Assembly (NCBI GenBank): GCA_947649625.1
Contig: CANSSJ010000003.1
Location: forward strand, 2,055 to 66,054
DNA: 64,000 nt
Source: an uncultured Bacillota bacterium
Lineage (GTDB): Bacteria > Bacillota > Clostridia > Oscillospirales > Oscillospiraceae
Direction of reading: 5' to 3'
Both the position numbers and the translations under genes were made by a program. Every line of letters begins with the position of its first letter. Position 1 is the first letter of the stretch. Below are positions 19,389 through 28,207 of the stretch, in pieces. The notes under the pieces are model-generated. The model was given only the letters and a program-made list of their open reading frames with translations. It was not told the origin of the DNA and did no database searches.

Positions 19389-20255
19389 ATGAAACTTTAC
19401 GAACTGTTCGGCAAGAGAAAGACCGTCTTTTCCTGCGAGGTCTTCCCGCCCAAGAAAAATGATCCCATTGACAGCATCTACAAGACCCTGGACGGGCTGA
19501 AAGACATCCGTCCCGACTTTATCAGCGTCACCTTCGGGGCTGGAGGCTCCCAGGTGAACCAGACCACCCGGGACATCGCCGCCCTCATCGAGAACCAGTA
19601 TCACATCCCCGCCATGGCCCACCTCACCTGCGTGGCCGCCGGGAAGGAGGACGTGGACCGGCTGCTGGCCGACCTGAAGGCCGACGGGGTGGAGAACGTG
19701 CTGGCCCTCCGCGGGGACGTAAACCCGGACTATCCCCCCAAGACCGATTTTAAATATGCCAGCGAGCTGGTCAGCTACATCCGGGCCCGGGGAGACTTCG
19801 GCGTGTCCGCTGCCTGCTACCCCGAGGGGCACCTGGAGAGCCCAGACCTGGTGAGCGACATCCGGCACCTGAAGGAGAAGGTGGACGCCGGGGCCCAGCA
19901 CCTGGTCAGCCAGCTGTTCTTCGACAACGAGGATTTCTTCCGCTTTCTGGAGCGCTGCCGCATCGCCGGGATCAGCGTGCCCATTGAGGCGGGCATCATG
20001 CCGGTGCTCAGCGCCAGGTCCATCCAGCGGATGGTGTCCATGTGCGGGGCCAGCCTGCCCGCCAAGCTCACCCGCATCCTGGCCCGGTACGGCGACCACC
20101 CCGACGCCCTGCGGGAGGCGGGCATCGCCTACGCCATCGACCAGATCTCCGACCTCATCGCCGGCGGGGTGGATGGCATCCACCTGTACACCATGAACAA
20201 CCCCGACGTGGCCCGGCAGATCGCCGGGAGCATCTCCTCCATCCGCAAAGTATAG
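19389..20255 (+). CDS. metF: Methylenetetrahydrofolate reductase
   Basis: SCEVFPPK, SVTFGAGG, AHLTC, LALRGD, SQLFFDN, HLYTMN. Confidence 0.94.
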   Translation: MKLYELFGKRKTVFSCEVFPPKKNDPIDSIYKTLDGLKDIRPDFISVTFGAGGSQVNQTTRDIAALIENQYHIPAMAHLTCVAAGKEDVDRLLADLKADGVENVLALRGDVNPDYPPKTDFKYASELVSYIRARGDFGVSAACYPEGHLESPDLVSDIRHLKEKVDAGAQHLVSQLFFDNEDFFRFLERCRIAGISVPIEAGIMPVLSARSIQRMVSMCGASLPAKLTRILARYGDHPDALREAGIAYAIDQISDLIAGGVDGIHLYTMNNPDVARQIAGSISSIRKV

Positions 20256-20374
20256 CTGATGCGGGCCGCCAGAAGGCGGCCCCTTCACAATTTCTTCACG
20301 AAAATTTAAGGAGATTTTTGTCGTATTCCCGCCGCCGGTGTGTTACAATACCTCCCGTGAACGGAGGCCTTTCC

Positions 20375-21073
20375 ATGAAGAACAGACAGAAAATCCTTGT
20401 TTTGATCGCCGTCCTCCTGCTGCTCACCGGCGGCGGGTGGTTTTTATATGCCACCGGCTTTTTCCAGGCGGTCCGCTCCCTGGACAGCCTGCGGACCTAC
20501 ATCGCCGATTTCACACCATACTCCCACCTGCTGTTCTTCCTGGTCCAGTTCCTGTCGGTGGTGCTGGCCCCCATTCCCAGCAACATCACCGCCGCCGCGG
20601 GCGGTCTTCTCTTCGGCACCTGGCCCGCCTTTCTGCTCACCTTCGGGGCGGTGGCGGCCGGGTCGCTGCTCACCTTCTCCCTGGCCCGGGCCCTGGGACG
20701 GGACTTCGCCGACCGGCTGGTGAGCAGAAAGCTGTCGGAGAAGTATCAGGACGTCCTGCGGGCCAAGGCGCCGGTCTTTCTGGTGCTGGCCTTCCTCTTC
20801 CCCTTCTTCCCTGACGATATGCTGTGCATCCTGGCCGGGCTTACCAACCTCTCTTTCCGCCGTTTCGCCATCATCGTCCTGCTCACCCGGCCCTGGGGGC
20901 TGCTCTTTGCCAGCGCCCTGGGCGGTTCCACCCTGGGCCTTCCCCCCTGGGTGATGGTCCCCGTCGGGCTGGCTGGACTGGCCCTGTTCCTGCTGGGGAT
21001 GAAATACGGCGACCGGCTGGAAGAATCCATTCTCAGCCGTTTGAAGGAGCAAAAACATGGGAAAACTGAATAG
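20375..21073 (+). CDS. TVP38/TMEM64 (VTT/DedA-like) membrane protein
   Basis: QFLSVVLAPIPS, FLFPFFPDDMLC, LLTRP. Confidence 0.85.
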   Translation: MKNRQKILVLIAVLLLLTGGGWFLYATGFFQAVRSLDSLRTYIADFTPYSHLLFFLVQFLSVVLAPIPSNITAAAGGLLFGTWPAFLLTFGAVAAGSLLTFSLARALGRDFADRLVSRKLSEKYQDVLRAKAPVFLVLAFLFPFFPDDMLCILAGLTNLSFRRFAIIVLLTRPWGLLFASALGGSTLGLPPWVMVPVGLAGLALFLLGMKYGDRLEESILSRLKEQKHGKTE

Positions 21074-21078
21074 GCGCC

Positions 21079-21108
21079 AAAAAATTGGGGCGCACGCCCC
21101 AATTTTTT
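21079..21108 (+). terminator. Intrinsic terminator
   Basis: AAAAAATTGGGGCG / CGCCCCAATTTTTT. Confidence 0.75.
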
Positions 21109-21120
21109 CCCTTTTTCCCC

Positions 21121-21149
21121 TTTACAAACTGCCATAGTTGTGATATGAT
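21121..21149 (+). promoter_or_regulatory. sigmaA promoter of the perR operon (TTTACA-N17-TATGAT, extended -10)
   Basis: Motif and spacing. Confidence 0.55.
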
Positions 21150-21190
21150 TCCAGCATAACAAGAATAAATATCGTTAAGGGAGGCGGCAC

Positions 21191-21610
21191 ATGGAGCGCG
21201 CGATCCGTTACAGCAAAAAACGGGAGGCTATCCTGGCCGCCATCCGGGGGACAAGCTGCCATCCCTCCGCCGAGTGGGTATACCAGCGGCTGCGGCCTCT
21301 CCACCCGGACCTCAGCCTGGGAACGGTCTACCGCAATCTGACCTTTTTCCGGGCGCATGGCCTGGTCCAAAGCGTGGGGGTCGTGCAGGGACAGGAGCGG
21401 TTCGACGCTATCACTGTCCCCCACAGTCACTTTGTTTGCAACTGCTGCGGCACCGTCTTAGACCTTCCGGATATCCGTCCGGAGCGGGACCTGGAGCGGA
21501 CCGTCAGCGCGCAATACGGGTTTGCAGTAGAACGCTGCGAGCTCACTTTTCATGGTCTGTGCCCCAACTGCACAGATCAACAAAATTTTAAGGAGGAACC
21601 ATTATCATGA
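21191..21610 (+). CDS. perR: Fur-family regulator, PerR-like
   Basis: [29 protein letters not shown]; coupled to rubrerythrin. Confidence 0.8.
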   Translation: MERAIRYSKKREAILAAIRGTSCHPSAEWVYQRLRPLHPDLSLGTVYRNLTFFRAHGLVQSVGVVQGQERFDAITVPHSHFVCNCCGTVLDLPDIRPERDLERTVSAQYGFAVERCELTFHGLCPNCTDQQNFKEEPLS

Positions 21611-22149
21611 AAAAGTTTGTCTGTTCCGTCTGCGGCTACGTCTATGAGGGCGAATCCGCTCCCGCCAAGTGCCCCCAGTGCGGCGTAGGCCCCGAGAAGT
21701 TCGTGGAGCAGAAGGGCGAGATGTCCTGGGCCGCCGAGCATATCGTGGGCGTCGCTCAGGGCGTTGATCCTCAGATCATCGAGGGCCTGCGCGCCAACTT
21801 CCAGGGCGAGTGCACCGAGGTCGGCATGTACCTGGCCATGGCCCGCGTGGCCCACCGCGAGGGCTATCCCGAGATCGGCCTGTACTGGGAGAAGGCCGCC
21901 TTGGAGGAGGCCGAGCACGCCGCCAAGTTCGCCGAGCTGCTGGGCGAGGTGGTCACCGACTCCACCAAGAAGAACCTGGAGATGCGCGTCGAGGCCGAGA
22001 ACGGCGCTACCGCCGGCAAGGTCGCCCTGGCCAAGATGGCCAAGGAGCAGAACCTGGACGCTATCCATGACACCGTCCACGAGATGGCCCGTGACGAGGC
22101 CCGCCACGGCAAGGCCTTCAAGGGCCTGCTGGAGCGGTACTTCGGCTGA
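21607..22149 (+). CDS. Reverse rubrerythrin (N-terminal rubredoxin domain plus ferritin-like domain)
   Basis: CSVCGY...CPQCG, then ECTE, EEAEHA, EAENGA, DEARH diiron ligands. Confidence 0.92.
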   Translation: MKKFVCSVCGYVYEGESAPAKCPQCGVGPEKFVEQKGEMSWAAEHIVGVAQGVDPQIIEGLRANFQGECTEVGMYLAMARVAHREGYPEIGLYWEKAALEEAEHAAKFAELLGEVVTDSTKKNLEMRVEAENGATAGKVALAKMAKEQNLDAIHDTVHEMARDEARHGKAFKGLLERYFG

Positions 22150-22173
22150 GCCGCCTGACAGGAGGAACACACC

Positions 22174-22329
22174 ATGGACAAATATGTGTGCCCCTGCGGC
22201 TATGAGTACGATCCCGCTGTGGGAGACCCCGACAACGGCGTCGCCCCCGGCACTCCCTGGGAAAATGTTCCCGAGGATTGGGTCTGCCCCATCTGCGGGA
22301 TGGGCAAGGATGTCTTTGAAAAGGCTTAA
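22174..22329 (+). CDS. Rubredoxin, 51 aa, with atypical first metal loop CPCG
   Basis: [51 protein letters not shown]; RBS AGGAGG; absent from the ORF track. Confidence 0.92.
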   Translation: MDKYVCPCGYEYDPAVGDPDNGVAPGTPWENVPEDWVCPICGMGKDVFEKA

Positions 22330-22345
22330 ATCACATCATTTACTG

Positions 22346-22376
22346 AGTGGAACAGGGAGACCTGTTCCACTTTTTT
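22346..22376 (+). terminator. Terminator of the oxidative-stress operon
   Basis: AGTGGAACAGG-gaga-CCTGTTCCACT plus T-run. Confidence 0.85.
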
Positions 22377-22425
22377 GTTTTCCCCCCTGGCCGCCCTCTC
22401 CAGGCAAAAAATTTTTGCTTTTCTC

Positions 22426-22483
22426 TTGACAACAGAATTTCGGTGCAGTATAATAACACCAACATATGAACAAATGCTCATAT
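22426..22483 (+). promoter_or_regulatory. Perfect sigmaA promoter (TTGACA-N17-TATAAT) and ArsR/SmtB operator ATATGAACAAATGCTCATAT
   Basis: Consensus hexamers at 22426-31 and 22449-54; palindrome at 22464-22483. Confidence 0.85.
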
Positions 22484-22500
22484 ATCAAGAGGAGGTGCCT

Positions 22501-22860
22501 ATGGAACGGAAAACGGTCCCCTGCTGTGAGGAGAATCTGGTCCACACCGGCGCGGTAGAGCAGGTCCGGGCCCAGCTTCCCCCCGACGAGCAGCTCTACG
22601 ATCTGGCGGAGCTGTTCAAAATTTTCGGCGACAGCACCCGGGTGAAGATCCTCTACGCCCTGCTGGAGGCGGAGCTGTGCGTGTGCGACATCGCCAGGCT
22701 GATGGAGGTCACCCAGTCCGCCGTGTCCCACCAGCTGCGGGTGCTGAAAAACAGCAAGCTGGTCAAATTCCGCCGGGAGGGCAAAACGGTGTACTACTCC
22801 CTGGCCGACGACCACGTCATTCATATCCTGGCTCAGGGTATGGAGCATATTTTAGAGTAA
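22501..22860 (+). CDS. ArsR/SmtB family metal-sensing repressor (CadC/CzrA-like)
   Basis: LAELFKIFGDSTR, ELCVCDIA, SAVSHQLRVL, DDHVIH. Confidence 0.92.
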   Translation: MERKTVPCCEENLVHTGAVEQVRAQLPPDEQLYDLAELFKIFGDSTRVKILYALLEAELCVCDIARLMEVTQSAVSHQLRVLKNSKLVKFRREGKTVYYSLADDHVIHILAQGMEHILE

Positions 22861-22876
22861 GAAAGGACGTATCACC

Positions 22877-23095
22877 ATGAAAAAAACCTTCAAGCTCATC
22901 GACCTGGACTGCGCCAACTGTGCCGCCAAAATGGAGACTGCCATCAAAAAGATCGACGGGGTAGTGGACGCCACCGTGTCCTTTATGACTCAGAAAATGA
23001 CCGTGGAGGCCGACGACGCCCGGTTCGACGCCATCATGAAGCAGGTGGTCAAGGCCTGCAAAAAGGTGGAGCCGGACTGCGAGATCGTGCTGTGA
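22877..23095 (+). CDS. Stand-alone heavy-metal-associated (HMA) domain protein
   Basis: DLDCANCAAK motif, 72 aa. Confidence 0.88.
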   Translation: MKKTFKLIDLDCANCAAKMETAIKKIDGVVDATVSFMTQKMTVEADDARFDAIMKQVVKACKKVEPDCEIVL

Positions 23096-23706
23096 GCACC
23101 TTCTGGGACCGCTGGGCCCGATTCTACGACCTGGCGGAGCGGAGCAACCGAACAGTAAACCAGGCCGCCGCGTCCCGGGTGGGGTCGCTGGTCCCCGCCG
23201 GGGCCAAAGTGCTGGACTGCGCCGCCGGGACGGGTGAATTTTCTCTGGCGGCGGCGGAAAAAGCCGCTTCGGTGCTGTGTACCGACCAGTCCCCGGAAAT
23301 GCTGAAACAGGCCCAAAAGAAGACAAAAAAGCGGGGTCTGGACAATATCAGCTTTGCCCGGCGGGATATTACCGCCCTGTCCGACCCGGACGGCAGCTTC
23401 GACGTGGTGATTGCCGCCAATGTGCTGCACCTGCTCCCCGAACCGGAGAAGGCGGTGCGGGAGCTGTGGCGGGTGGCCGCCCCTGGGGGGCGGCTCATCC
23501 TGCCCACCTACCTCCAGGGCCGGGCGGGGACGGCCTACGGGGCCATGATTAAGATTTATCAGGGCGTGGGCTTCCACTATGAGCACGCCTTCACCCCGGA
23601 GACCTACCGGATGTCCCTGGAGCGCCTGGATTTGGCCCCGGTGGCGCTGGAGGTCATCCCGGGTGGGGTGCCCGAGGGTATCGCCGTGCTAAAGAAACCT
23701 CTGTAG
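23092..23706 (+). CDS. Class I SAM-dependent methyltransferase
   Basis: VLDCAAGTG, FDVVIAANVLH, PGGRL; GTGA overlap with the HMA gene. Confidence 0.88.
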   Translation: MSTFWDRWARFYDLAERSNRTVNQAAASRVGSLVPAGAKVLDCAAGTGEFSLAAAEKAASVLCTDQSPEMLKQAQKKTKKRGLDNISFARRDITALSDPDGSFDVVIAANVLHLLPEPEKAVRELWRVAAPGGRLILPTYLQGRAGTAYGAMIKIYQGVGFHYEHAFTPETYRMSLERLDLAPVALEVIPGGVPEGIAVLKKPL

Positions 23707-23773
23707 GGGCGGTCTGTGGCCGCCCGTGAACAGGTAACCGAATCTTGGACGGGCGGCCACAGGCCGCCCCTAC
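23703..23773. repeat. Inverted pair of GTAG REPs
   Basis: GTAGGGGCGGTCTGTGGCCGCCCG ... CGGGCGGCCACAGGCCGCCCCTAC. Confidence 0.88.
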
Positions 23774-23790
23774 GAAATGAGGCGTTTGTT

Positions 23791-25638
23791 ATGACCCGGA
23801 AACAAAAAAAGATGCTCTACCGCATCCTGGCTGCGTCCGTGCTGTTTGTGGTTTCCCTCCTCCTGCCCGTGACGGGCCCGGCCCGGCTGGCGGTGTTTCT
23901 AATCCCCTACCTCGTCATCGGCTGGGACGTGCTCTGGAAGGCGGTTCGGAACATCAAAAACGGCCAAGTCTTTGATGAGAACTTCCTCATGTGCGTGGCC
24001 ACCATCGGGGCGCTGATTATCGGCGAATTTCCCGAGGCGGTGGCGGTGATGCTGTTCTATCAGGTGGGCGAGCTGTTCCAGAACGTGGCCGTCTCCCGGT
24101 CCCGGCAGTCCATCTCCGCCCTGATGGACATTCGCCCCGACTACGCCAACATGGAGCGGGACGGCCAGCTGGTCCAGGTGGACCCGGAGGCGGTGGCGGT
24201 GGGGGAGACCATCGTCATCAAGGCCGGGGAGCGGGTGCCCCTGGACGGGACCGTCCTGGAGGGGGCCTCCGCCCTGGACACCGCCGCCCTCACCGGCGAG
24301 TCCCTGCCCCGGGACGTGGCCCCGGGAGACGAGGTGATCTCGGGCTGCGTCAACCTGTCCGGGCTGCTCCATGTGAAAGTGTCCAAGCCCTTCGGGCAGT
24401 CCACCGTGGCCCGTATCCTGGACCTGGTGGAGAACTCCAGCGAGAAGAAGGCCCAGGCGGAGCACTTCATCACCAAATTTGCCCGGTACTACACCCCCAT
24501 CGTGGTCTTCGCCGCCCTGGCCCTGGCTGTGATCCCCTCCGCGCTCACCGGCCAGTGGGGCGTCTGGGTGCCCCGGGCGCTGAACTTCCTGGTGGTGTCC
24601 TGCCCCTGCGCCCTGGTGATCTCCATCCCCCTCAGCTTCTTCGGCGGCATCGGCGGGGCCTCCAGACAGGGCATCCTGGTGAAGGGCAGCAACTATCTGG
24701 AGGCCCTGGCCCAGGCGGGGATCGTGGTCTTTGACAAGACAGGCACCCTCACCCAGGGGAAATTTTCCGTCACCGCCGTCCACCCGGAGGAGGGTATGGC
24801 GGGGAGCGAGCTGCTGAAGCTGGCCGCCCTGGCGGAGCAGTTCTCCACCCATCCCATCTCCCGGTCCATCGTTGACGCCTGGGGCGGGACGCTCCAGCAG
24901 GACCGGGTGACCGGCGTGGAGGAGATCGCCGGACACGGTGTCCGGGCAGTGATCGACGGCCGGCAGATCCTGGCGGGCAACTGGAAGCTGATGGACCGGG
25001 AAAACATCCCCATCACCTCGAACCACGACCACCTGGGCACCATCATCCATGTGGCAGTAGAGGGCAGATACGCCGGACATCTGGTCATCGCCGACCAGCC
25101 CAAGGAGACCTCCGCCCAGGCGGTGGCCGGGCTGAAGGCGGCGGGGGTGCGGCAGACCGTCATGCTCACCGGCGACGCCGAGAGGACCGCCCAGGCGGTG
25201 GCCGACGGGCTGAAGCTGGATAAATATTACGCCCAGCTCCTGCCTGCGGACAAGGTGGAGCGGGTGGAGGAGCTGCTGGCGGAGAAAAGCCCAAAGGAAA
25301 AGCTGGTCTTCGTGGGGGACGGCATCAACGACGCCCCCGTCCTCTCCCGGGCGGATATCGGGGTGGCCATGGGAGCCCTGGGCTCCGACGCGGCCATTGA
25401 GGCGGCGGATATCGTCCTTATGGACGACGACCTGCTCAAGCTCACGGCGGCGGTGCGCATCGCCCGGAAAACCCTGTCAATCGTGCGGCAGAATGTGGTC
25501 TTTGCCCTGGGGGTGAAGCTGCTGGTGCTGATCCTCTCCGCCGCGGGGCTGGCCAACATGTGGGCCGCTGTCTTTGCCGACGTGGGGGTGTCCGTGCTGG
25601 CCATCCTCAACGCCAGCCGGATGCTGAACGTGAAATGA
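23791..25638 (+). CDS. cadA: P1B-type Cd/Zn-translocating ATPase without an N-terminal metal-binding domain
   Basis: LTGES, SCPCAL, DKTGTLT, GDGINDAP. Confidence 0.9.
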   Translation: MTRKQKKMLYRILAASVLFVVSLLLPVTGPARLAVFLIPYLVIGWDVLWKAVRNIKNGQVFDENFLMCVATIGALIIGEFPEAVAVMLFYQVGELFQNVAVSRSRQSISALMDIRPDYANMERDGQLVQVDPEAVAVGETIVIKAGERVPLDGTVLEGASALDTAALTGESLPRDVAPGDEVISGCVNLSGLLHVKVSKPFGQSTVARILDLVENSSEKKAQAEHFITKFARYYTPIVVFAALALAVIPSALTGQWGVWVPRALNFLVVSCPCALVISIPLSFFGGIGGASRQGILVKGSNYLEALAQAGIVVFDKTGTLTQGKFSVTAVHPEEGMAGSELLKLAALAEQFSTHPISRSIVDAWGGTLQQDRVTGVEEIAGHGVRAVIDGRQILAGNWKLMDRENIPITSNHDHLGTIIHVAVEGRYAGHLVIADQPKETSAQAVAGLKAAGVRQTVMLTGDAERTAQAVADGLKLDKYYAQLLPADKVERVEELLAEKSPKEKLVFVGDGINDAPVLSRADIGVAMGALGSDAAIEAADIVLMDDDLLKLTAAVRIARKTLSIVRQNVVFALGVKLLVLILSAAGLANMWAAVFADVGVSVLAILNASRMLNVK

Positions 25639-25643
25639 CAGAA

Positions 25644-25671
25644 AACCGCCTCCCCGGCCGGGGAGGCGGTT
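25644..25671. terminator. Bidirectional terminator
   Basis: AACCGCCTCCCC-ggcc-GGGGAGGCGGTT between convergent genes. Confidence 0.8.
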
Positions 25672-25679
25672 CCGCTTTT

Positions 25680-26528
25680 TTATCGTTCCCAGGGAAATCC
25701 GTACTTGGGCCGGGGCAGCTCCAGACCGCTGTAGTCCATCTCCGCCGGGCGGCTGAGGGACAGCGGGCAGTCCTCGGTGTCCAGCTCCACCTTCATCCCA
25801 CGGCGCATGGCGATTTTGGCGCAGGCGATGGCGTGCCAGTCCATCAAATTATACCTGTCCCGGTTGGAGCGCTCATAGCTGATAGACTCCTTCAAATGCT
25901 CGTCCAGCGCCCCTTCGTCCCCGTTCAAAATATCCAGCAGGATGCGCAGTTCCACCGGCGCCCCCTTTCGGACACTCTTCAAGCTCTCCAGATCGGCCAG
26001 CGCCTGTTCCACCTGGGCGCGGATAACAGCCTCATCCTCCCCCAGGGCCAGTGCGACAAACGCCCTGTACCCGGACAGTCCGGCGTTGACGGCTTTGATC
26101 TTGAAATTGGGCTGGTACTCCGGCCGGCGGAGCAGGTCGCCAAATTCTTTCAGAAATCCGGGGGCCGCGTCCGCGATGACCGCGCCCCAAAAATAGACCA
26201 TCCTTGCTCCATTGAACTGGGCCATACTGCCATTGACCGCCTGATCCGGCCAGCGGCACACCGCCCACTGGCACCAGGCGGCCCGGTACATGTTCTCCTT
26301 GCACAGCCGGGTATCCCCCCGGTGGAGCTGCCAATACTCCGCCATGATCCGGTAGTTTCCGGCCAGCGTGGACAGCGCGCCGCAGCACATGCGGGGGGTA
26401 TTGGAGTTTTCGGTTTCTCCCAGCTTGTCCAGCCAGCGCACAATGCTCCTCTCCACTCCGGAGGGCTCCCAGTTTGCCCGCCAGTCCTCAATGCGCTTAG
26501 TGGTCTTGGCCAGCTTCTTGACGCTCAT
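25680..26528 (-). CDS. Imm49-like polymorphic-toxin immunity protein (orphan)
   Basis: All-helical pattern; C-terminal ILNGDEGALDEHL...HAIACAKIAMRRGMKVELDTEDCP resembles the Imm49 terminal signature; recognised by eye. Confidence 0.5.
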   Translation of the reverse strand: MSVKKLAKTTKRIEDWRANWEPSGVERSIVRWLDKLGETENSNTPRMCCGALSTLAGNYRIMAEYWQLHRGDTRLCKENMYRAAWCQWAVCRWPDQAVNGSMAQFNGARMVYFWGAVIADAAPGFLKEFGDLLRRPEYQPNFKIKAVNAGLSGYRAFVALALGEDEAVIRAQVEQALADLESLKSVRKGAPVELRILLDILNGDEGALDEHLKESISYERSNRDRYNLMDWHAIACAKIAMRRGMKVELDTEDCPLSLSRPAEMDYSGLELPRPKYGFPWER

Positions 26529-27568
26529 GCCTGGGTCCCCTCCTTGGCCGGGGTGTCCAGCCGCATGAGGTCGATATTTTTGGTGATATCCTCAATCAGC
26601 CCGGAGGCGGCGAAGTCCCTGGCCTGACGGACGGCGTTCTGGATGGCGTAGGCGTCGGAAGAGCCGTGGGCCTTGATAACCGGCCTGGAGATGCCCACCA
26701 GGGCGGTGCCCCCCACCTCGCCGGCGTCCATCAGCTTCTTGAAGTCCTTCAGGCCGCCGGAGACCAGCAGGGCGGACAGCTTGGTGACGGCGTTCTTTTT
26801 GAACATCTTCTTGATCTCCCGGGCCAGAAACAGCCCGGTGCCCTCCATGGTTTTCAGGAAGATATTCCCCGAGTAGCCGTCGGCCACGATGACGTCCACC
26901 GCGCCCTCCACCGCCTCCCGGGCCTCCACGTTGCCCGTGAAGTTGATGCGCCCGGCCTCTCCCGCCGCCTCCAGCATGGGGTAGACGGTGGTCTGGAGGC
27001 TGGTGCCCTTGGAGGGCTCGGCGCCGATGTTCAAAAGACCCACCTTGGGGTTGGGCCGGCCCAGCACCTTCTCGGCGTAGTAGGAGCCCATGTAGGCGAA
27101 TTGCAGTAAGTACTCCGGGGGGCACTCGGCGTTGGCCCCGCAGTCGATGAGCACCGCCCCGCCGTTCCCGGTGGGCACCACGGGAGCCAGGGCGGCCCGG
27201 CGGATGCCCTTGATCCGCTTGGTCACCAGGGTGGCCCCAGACAGCAGCGCCCCGGTGGAGCCGGCGGAGACGAACGCGTCCCCCGCCCCCTCCTTGAGCA
27301 GGTTCAGCCCCACGGTGAGGGAGGAGTCCTTCTTCTTCCGGAAGGCGGTGGCCGGGTCGTCGCACATTTCCACCACCTCGCTGGCGTGGGTCACCGCCAC
27401 CCCGGAAGGCAGGTCGCTGATGCCGTTGTCAGCCAGAGTTTTGAGGATGTCCTCCCCCCGGCCCACCAGGATAATGTCCACTCCGTACTCCCGGTTGGCC
27501 TGGATGGCCCCCATCACCGGGGCCTGGGGCGCGTTGTCCCCGCCCATGGCGTCTACGATGATTTTCAT
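26525..27568 (-). CDS. plsX: Phosphate acyltransferase
   Basis: IIVDAMGGDNAP, SAGSTGA, DCGANA, DVIVADG, KAHGSS. Confidence 0.96.
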   Translation of the reverse strand: MKIIVDAMGGDNAPQAPVMGAIQANREYGVDIILVGRGEDILKTLADNGISDLPSGVAVTHASEVVEMCDDPATAFRKKKDSSLTVGLNLLKEGAGDAFVSAGSTGALLSGATLVTKRIKGIRRAALAPVVPTGNGGAVLIDCGANAECPPEYLLQFAYMGSYYAEKVLGRPNPKVGLLNIGAEPSKGTSLQTTVYPMLEAAGEAGRINFTGNVEAREAVEGAVDVIVADGYSGNIFLKTMEGTGLFLAREIKKMFKKNAVTKLSALLVSGGLKDFKKLMDAGEVGGTALVGISRPVIKAHGSSDAYAIQNAVRQARDFAASGLIEDITKNIDLMRLDTPAKEGTQA

Positions 27569-27810
27569 GGCGTACCTTCTTTCTGTAAGGGTCGCGGCTC
27601 GTCGATGAGCCCCAGCAGATAGTCGGCGGATACGTTGTAGTGCTGACAGATAATTGTCAGCTTTTCAAATGTCGTTGTTTTACGGCCATTTTCCATTTCG
27701 ACAATCTGATTCGGCTTTACACCCAGCAGCGCGGCAAGGTCGGCCTGCTTCTCCCCCGCCTGATTTCTCAGTTTTTTCAAGCGGAGCCCGTATAAATCTT
27801 TATGAAACAT
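27565..27810 (-). CDS. XRE-family HTH transcriptional regulator, 81 aa
   Basis: RLKKLR...QADLAALLGV...EMENG...YNVSADYLLGL. Confidence 0.88.
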   Translation of the reverse strand: MFHKDLYGLRLKKLRNQAGEKQADLAALLGVKPNQIVEMENGRKTTTFEKLTIICQHYNVSADYLLGLIDEPRPLQKEGTP

Positions 27811-27822
27811 AGCCTGCCCCCC

Positions 27823-27871
27823 TTGACAACCACACCAAAAGAGTGTATATTGGATACACCCTTTTAGTGTG
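27823..27871. promoter_or_regulatory. Promoter TTGACA-N17-TATATT overlapped by twin ACAC-N7-GTGT operators forming an 18-bp inverted repeat
   Basis: CACACCAAAAGAGTGTAT-attgg-ATACACCCTTTTAGTGTG (2 mismatches). Confidence 0.7.
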
Positions 27872-27881
27872 GTGATAATCT

Positions 27882-28106
27882 ATGGACAAACAACTCAAAG
27901 AATTCTTCTTCGACGAAGTAGAGCGTGCGCATTTGAATTTCGAGGCATTCCCGGAATACAACGACCTGATGGATCGGAGCCTGTCCCTGTTTCCCAACGG
28001 AGACCTGCCCAAGCCGCTCTTTGATCTGCTGGAGACCGCCAACTGCATCTCCTTCGCCCACGGGCTCAAATTGGGGCTGCGGCTGCGGGAGTGGGCGGCT
28101 TTGTAG
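27882..28106 (+). CDS. Small hypothetical protein, 74 aa (DUF6809-like C-terminus)
   Basis: RBS GGTGA; C-terminal SFAHGLKLGLRL helix; divergent from the XRE gene. Confidence 0.6.
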   Translation: MDKQLKEFFFDEVERAHLNFEAFPEYNDLMDRSLSLFPNGDLPKPLFDLLETANCISFAHGLKLGLRLREWAAL

Positions 28107-28207
28107 GGGCGCGCAGTGCGCGCCCGCGGGCGGACAATACCCGCAAGGGGTACGCCGCATCCGTAAGGCGGCAAAGCCGCCAACGGCTGCGCAGTGTCCG
28201 CCCCTAC
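28103..28207. repeat. Inverted GTAG REP pair with a ~55-bp hairpin element inserted in the right-hand REP loop
   Basis: GTAGGGGCGCGCAGTGCGCGCCCG then CGGGCGGACA[insert]CAGTGTCCGCCCCTAC. Confidence 0.8.

Noticed and set aside
21150-21180. PerR/Fur box TAACAAGAATAAATATCGTTA
   Set aside because: Symmetry too weak to support
23092-23706. ArsM arsenite methyltransferase
   Set aside because: Catalytic cysteine pattern and length of ArsM are absent
25680-28106. Prophage or integrative element remnant
   Set aside because: No integrase, att repeats or structural genes, and plsX is a core gene in the middle
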